Positions 58,846 to 64,000 of a stretch of 64,000 nucleotides of DNA are shown here, in pieces. A program made the position numbers and the translations under genes. The stretch is from assembly GCA_964016885.1 (NCBI GenBank), contig OZ024761.1, forward strand, positions 21,328,001 through 21,392,000, in the 5' to 3' direction. Source of the DNA: Eledone cirrhosa (Eukaryota). How positions within the stretch are numbered: position 1 is the stretch's first letter; each line of letters starts with the position of its first letter. Below the pieces are notes generated by a model. The model did no database searches and was not told the DNA's origin. It saw only the letters and a list, made by a program, of their open reading frames with translations.

Positions 58846-60093
58846 GGTAAGGGTTGGCACAAACACCAAATTGAAGATAGTGAATTTAGATTTTACACCT
58901 ACCTCCCTTCTGATGACTGAATACTGAAGCTGGTGCATTACTGCACCAGCCACAAGATACTTCAACTTCTCCATCTATTTCAGTGGAACCTTATTTACGA
59001 ACAACTTCTATAATCAATATACTCTCAGGTTTCAAATACCCCTTTTCATCCCTACTCTTATTAAATGTTGTTAATCTATCTCCGGCGAAATTTCACTTTA
59101 AGTGACAGCATTCCTGTGACATTAAAAGACATTATACATTACCGAAAAAAAAGTACATTACTAGAAATCCCAAACATTATAAAATAAATAAGATATGAGT
59201 TGGGGTCTCAATATGTAAACTAAATGACTAATTCTGGTTATAAAAACATCAACAGAGACAACCTCGAAAAATTTCCGATTCCCCCTCCCCCCCACTACCC
59301 CATTATTTGGGACCTAACAGTGTACTTATTTCTATTTTCTTCTTGTTTTGTAGATAAAAAAGAAAACTATTTGACAATAGTTTTGAACATTTGCAGCCAG
59401 TTAAAGACAAATTCTTCCCTGTCACCAATGTTTCTCCTGATGGGAAATTACTGTAAGACTCTCAACTTCCCATCCTGGATCACAATTGTTTGTTAGGTGG
59501 GGTTTTTTTTGTTATTTGACTCTTTCAAAAGAATTTTATGAAAAGTTTAAAAAATAAAATGTACTGATAATATTACAGTGATAATTAATTTACAAATCAA
59601 AATGTCCCTTTTGGAGAAATAAAACCAAGTGTCCGACAATAATAATCAACTGTCTCAAATATTGTGCAAATATCATGATTTTGTTTAAACTTGACAAAAA
59701 TATTATAACTTTTGTTACTTTGAAAAATGAAAGAAATTGCTCATTTATTGTAAACATCAAAAAATACTGTATTTAGCAAATATATATTTTAAAAAGAACT
59801 TTTTTATGAATATTAAACGAAATCTTTTGTTGTAATTTCATTGGTATAAGTTGAAAAAAATAATAAAATGAAGATCTCACATTAGTATTATTAAGGTAAA
59901 TGTTAAACTCTGTCTCAAATCTGGAGGTTCACCAAGCTGGTTCTTATCCTGGTTTTCAGTGTGGGGTTGGAGTTAGAGTCTGTCTCAAACTTAGAGGTAC
60001 ATCAGGCCAGTTCTAATCCCAGTTTTTTGTATGTCTCAAACTCAGAGGTACATAAGGCTGGTGCTTATCCTAGTTTTCATTGTGGAGTTAAAG

Positions 60094-61169
60094 TCACTAC
60101 CATGTAGCACCACATGTCCTCTGCAGTCACATCCTATGTTTCACTACCATGCAGCACCACATGTCCTCTGCAGTCACATCCCACGTTTCACTACCATGCA
60201 GCACCACATGTCCTCTGCAGTCACATGCCACGTTTCACTGCCATGCAGCACCACATGTCCTCTGCAATCACATGCCACGTTTTACCACATGTCCTCTGCA
60301 GTCACATGCCACATTTCACTACCATGCAGCATCACATGTCCTCTGCAGTCACATGCCACGTTTCACTACCATGCAGCACCACATGTCCTCTGCAGTCACA
60401 TGCCACGTTTCACTACCATGCAGCATCACATGTCCTCTGCAGTCACATCCCACGTTTCACTACCATGCAGCACCACATGTCCTCTGCAGTCACATGCCAC
60501 GTTTCACTACCATGCAGCATCACATGTCCTCTGCAGTCACATGCCACATTTCACTACCATGCAGCACCACATGTCCTCTGCAGTCACATCCCACGTTTCA
60601 CTACCATGCAGCACCACATGTCCTCTGCAGTCACATGCCACGTTTCACTGCCATGCAGCACCACATGTCCTCTGCAATCACATGCCACGTTTTACCACAT
60701 GTCCTCTGCAGTCACATGCCACATTTCACTACCATGCAGCATCACATGTCCTCTGCAGTCACATGCCACGTTTCACTACCATGCAGCACCACATGTCCTC
60801 TGCAGTCACATGCCACGTTTCACTACCATGCAGCATCACATGTCCTCTGCAGTCACATCCCACGTTTCACTACCATGCAGCACCACATGTCCTCTGCAGT
60901 CACATGCCACGTTTCACTACCATGCAGCATCACATGTCCTCTGCAGTCACATGCCACATTTCACTACCATGCAGCACCACATGTCCTCTGCAGTCACATG
61001 CCACGTTTCACTACCATGCAGCACCACATGTCCTCTGCAGTCACATGCCACATTTCACTACCATGCAGCACCACATGTCCTCTGCAGTCACATGCCACAT
61101 TTCACTACCATGCAGCACCACATGTCCTCTGCAGTCACATGCCACGTTTCACTACCATGCAGCATCACA
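60094..61169. repeat. 47-bp tandem array (about 23 copies) derived from an RTE RT-coding segment
   Basis: Unit atgtcctctgcagtcacatgccacgtttcactaccatgcagcaccac; its reverse complement reads VLHGSETWHVTAED. Confidence 0.9.
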
Positions 61170-61914
61170 TACTTAAATAAATCCATTTGAAAGCACCCCA
61201 TCAGAAACTACCCAGGTTTTACACTACACAATTACTTGCTTTAAAATGTTTATACTTCTCAACAAACATTGTGTATATGTAGCTGTATAAAGGACAATGT
61301 GCCCATACATGGACATGCTATGAAATAGCTTATAAAATAGGGTGAAGAACCTTAAAGATGGGAAAAGAAGTTACTATTGGCTAATACAAGGAATCAAACC
61401 CCATATCTCCGAGATATTGACTAGGCATTGACAACTTATGTCATCATCCTATTTTTGTTAAGTAATCTTTCTAAATATCAGCTTAATAAGGAAACAGTTA
61501 ATTAGTTCATTAAATTTTTCAGATTTTTAAAATTACGTATAGACAGGTGTTAGGAAGGACATCCAACTAGAGACAGTCCTATATGAGCGAGACATGGTCA
61601 CCTGACCGCAAGTGGGACAAACCCGTCTAAACCATGCTAATGGACATTAAACGATGATGATGATAGGCAGAAATTTAATGTACAGTAACAAAAGGTTTAT
61701 AAGAAAACAAAAAACAAAAAACAAGGTTTCTAAAATAGAAATATGTTTAGAAAGTAAGTGAACCAAAAATAGACTGATGTTTCATGTGAAATACCATTTA
61801 GCAAGTGAACCGTAACGTCCATGTTAAATGATATTGTAACCTAGATTTTGTATTGATAGACTGTTGTTACTATGTCACATGGTTTCAGCATTTACTTTGT
61901 AGTTATTGTTTTTA

Positions 61915-63065
61915 TGTTTAGCATATAAACCAGTCAAATTCTCTCACCTCTTTCTCTTCAACATGGCTGTAACCGACCACTCATACTGATGTTAAGGTAT
62001 TGTTCTCAAAATAAATAATATCGAAATCTCATAGATTCAATATTATGTGAGATATTTATGTGAGGTAAAGCCTTTATTGTGAAAATACAATAGTATATAT
62101 AGAGTAATGTAAATGTTATGTGAGGTAAAGCCTTTACTGTGAAAATACAATAGTATATATAGAGTAATGTAAATGTTATGTGAGATATTATGTGAGGTAA
62201 AGCCTTTACTGTGAAAATACAATAGTATATATAGAGTAATGTAAATGTTATGTGAGGTATTATGTGAGGTAAAGCCTTTACTGTGAAAATACAATAGTAT
62301 ATATAGAGTAATGTAAATGTTATGTGAGATATTATGTGAGGTAAAGCCTTTACTGTGAAAATACAATAGTATATATAGAGTAATGTAAATGTTATGTGAG
62401 GTATTATGTGAGGTAAAGCCTTTACTGTGAAAATACAATAGTATATATAGAGTAATGTAAATGTTATGTGAGATATTATGTGAGGTAAAGCCTTTACTGT
62501 GAAAATACAATAGTATATATAGAGCAATGTAAATGTTATGTGAGGTATTATGTGAGGTAAAGCCTTTACTGTGAAAATACAATAGTATATATAGAGTAAT
62601 GTAAATGTTATGTGAGGTAAAGCCTTTACTGTGAAAATACAATAGTATATATAGAGTAATGTAAATGTTATGTGAGGTAAAGCCTTTACTGTGAAAATAC
62701 AATAGTATATATAGAGTAATGTAAATGTTATGTGAGGTAAAGCCTTTACTGTGAAAATACAATAGTATATATAGAGTAATGTAAATGTTATGTGAGGTAA
62801 AGCCTTTACTGTGAAAATACAATAGTATATATAGAGTAATGTAAATGTTATGTGAGGTAAAGCCTTTACTGTGAAAATACAATAGTATATATAGAGTAAT
62901 GTAAATGTTATGTGAGGTAAAGCCTTTACTGTGAAAATACAATAGTATATATAGAGTAATGTAAATGTTATGTGAGGTAAAGCCTTTACTGTGAAAATAC
63001 AATAGTATATATAGAGTAATGTAAATGTTATGTGAGGTAAAGCCTTTACTGTGAAAATACAATAG
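61915..63065. repeat. MITE body followed by a 72-bp then 60-bp tandem array
   Basis: Source of ORFs 62006-63091 and 62043-63062, which show 24-aa and 20-aa periodicity. Confidence 0.85.
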
Positions 63066-63069
63066 TATC

Positions 63070-64000
63070 TATATAGTAATATACTGTACATTATATAGTA
63101 GTAAGGAGACTATATATTATATATAGTAATATACTGTACATTATATAGTACTATACTGTACAATATATAGTAATATACTGTACATTATATAGTACTATAT
63201 TGTACAATATATAGTAATATACTGTACAATATATAGTACTATATTGTACAATATATAGTAATATACTGTACATTATATAGTAGTAAGGAGACTATATATT
63301 ATATATAGTAATATACTGTATATTATATAGTACTATATTGTACAATATATAGTAATATATTGTACAATATATAGTACTATATTGTACAATATATAGTAAT
63401 ATACTGTACATTATATAGTACTATATTGTACAATATATAGTAATATACTGTACATTATATAGTACTATATTGTACAATATATAGTAATATACTGTACATT
63501 ATATAGTACTATATTGTACAATATATAGTAATATACTGTACATTATATAGTACTATATTGTACAATATATAGTAATATACTGTACATTATATAGTACTAT
63601 ATTGTACAATATATAGTAATATACTGTACATTATATAGTACTATATTGTACAATATATAGTAATATACTGTACATTATATAGTACTATATTGTACAATAT
63701 ATAGTAATATACTGTACATTATATAGTACTATATTGTACAATATATAGTAATATACTGTACATTATATAGTACTATATTGTACAATATATAGTAATATAC
63801 TGTACATTATATAGTACTATATTGTACAATATATAGTAATATACTGTACATTATATAGTACTATATTGTACAATATATAGTAATATACTGTACATTATAT
63901 AGTACTATATTGTACAATATATAGTAATATACTGTACATTATATTGTACAATATATAGTAATATACTGTACATTATATAGTACTATATTGTACATTATAT
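63070..64000. repeat. 44-bp AT-rich satellite (two 22-bp subunits) running off the window end
   Basis: Unit atatagtaatatactgtacattatatagtactatattgtacaat. Confidence 0.9.

Noticed and set aside
60031-61190. Three long His/Cys-rich ORFs (343-381 aa)
   Set aside because: They are translations of a stop-free 47-bp tandem unit cycling through all three frames, with no splice or gene context.
62006-63091. Long periodic ORFs (also 5825-6751 and 54601-55115)
   Set aside because: They are MITE-derived 60/72-bp arrays whose unit lengths are multiples of three.

Overview
Eukaryotic, AT-rich, microsatellite-dense window. The repeat content (Nin-domain tRNA-SINEs, RTE LINEs, abundant (TA)n/(CA)n) suggests an octopus or other cephalopod, which is inference. 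Four spliced housekeeping genes can be reconstructed exon by exon with consistent phases: PDE6D (minus strand, last exon off-window, first intron a 16.6-kb U12-type GT-AG intron), PEX5 (plus, 15 coding exons, 562 aa), TMEM19 (plus, 6 exons, 339 aa) and an ethanolamine kinase (plus, 8 exons, 368 aa). Introns and spacers hold RTE LINE fragments, SINEs, a TTAA/piggyBac-type MITE, Tc1/mariner-type MITEs, palindromic elements and many tandem arrays. Main observations: several tandem arrays are visibly born from short pieces of transposons (RT-coding segments, the MITE subterminus, LINE 3' tails) or of gene ends; PEX5 appears to lack the PEX7-binding segment; there are hammerhead-like motifs and hairpin elements with homogenised arms. 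No clearly new protein-coding system is evident, and most long ORFs in the track are repeat artefacts.
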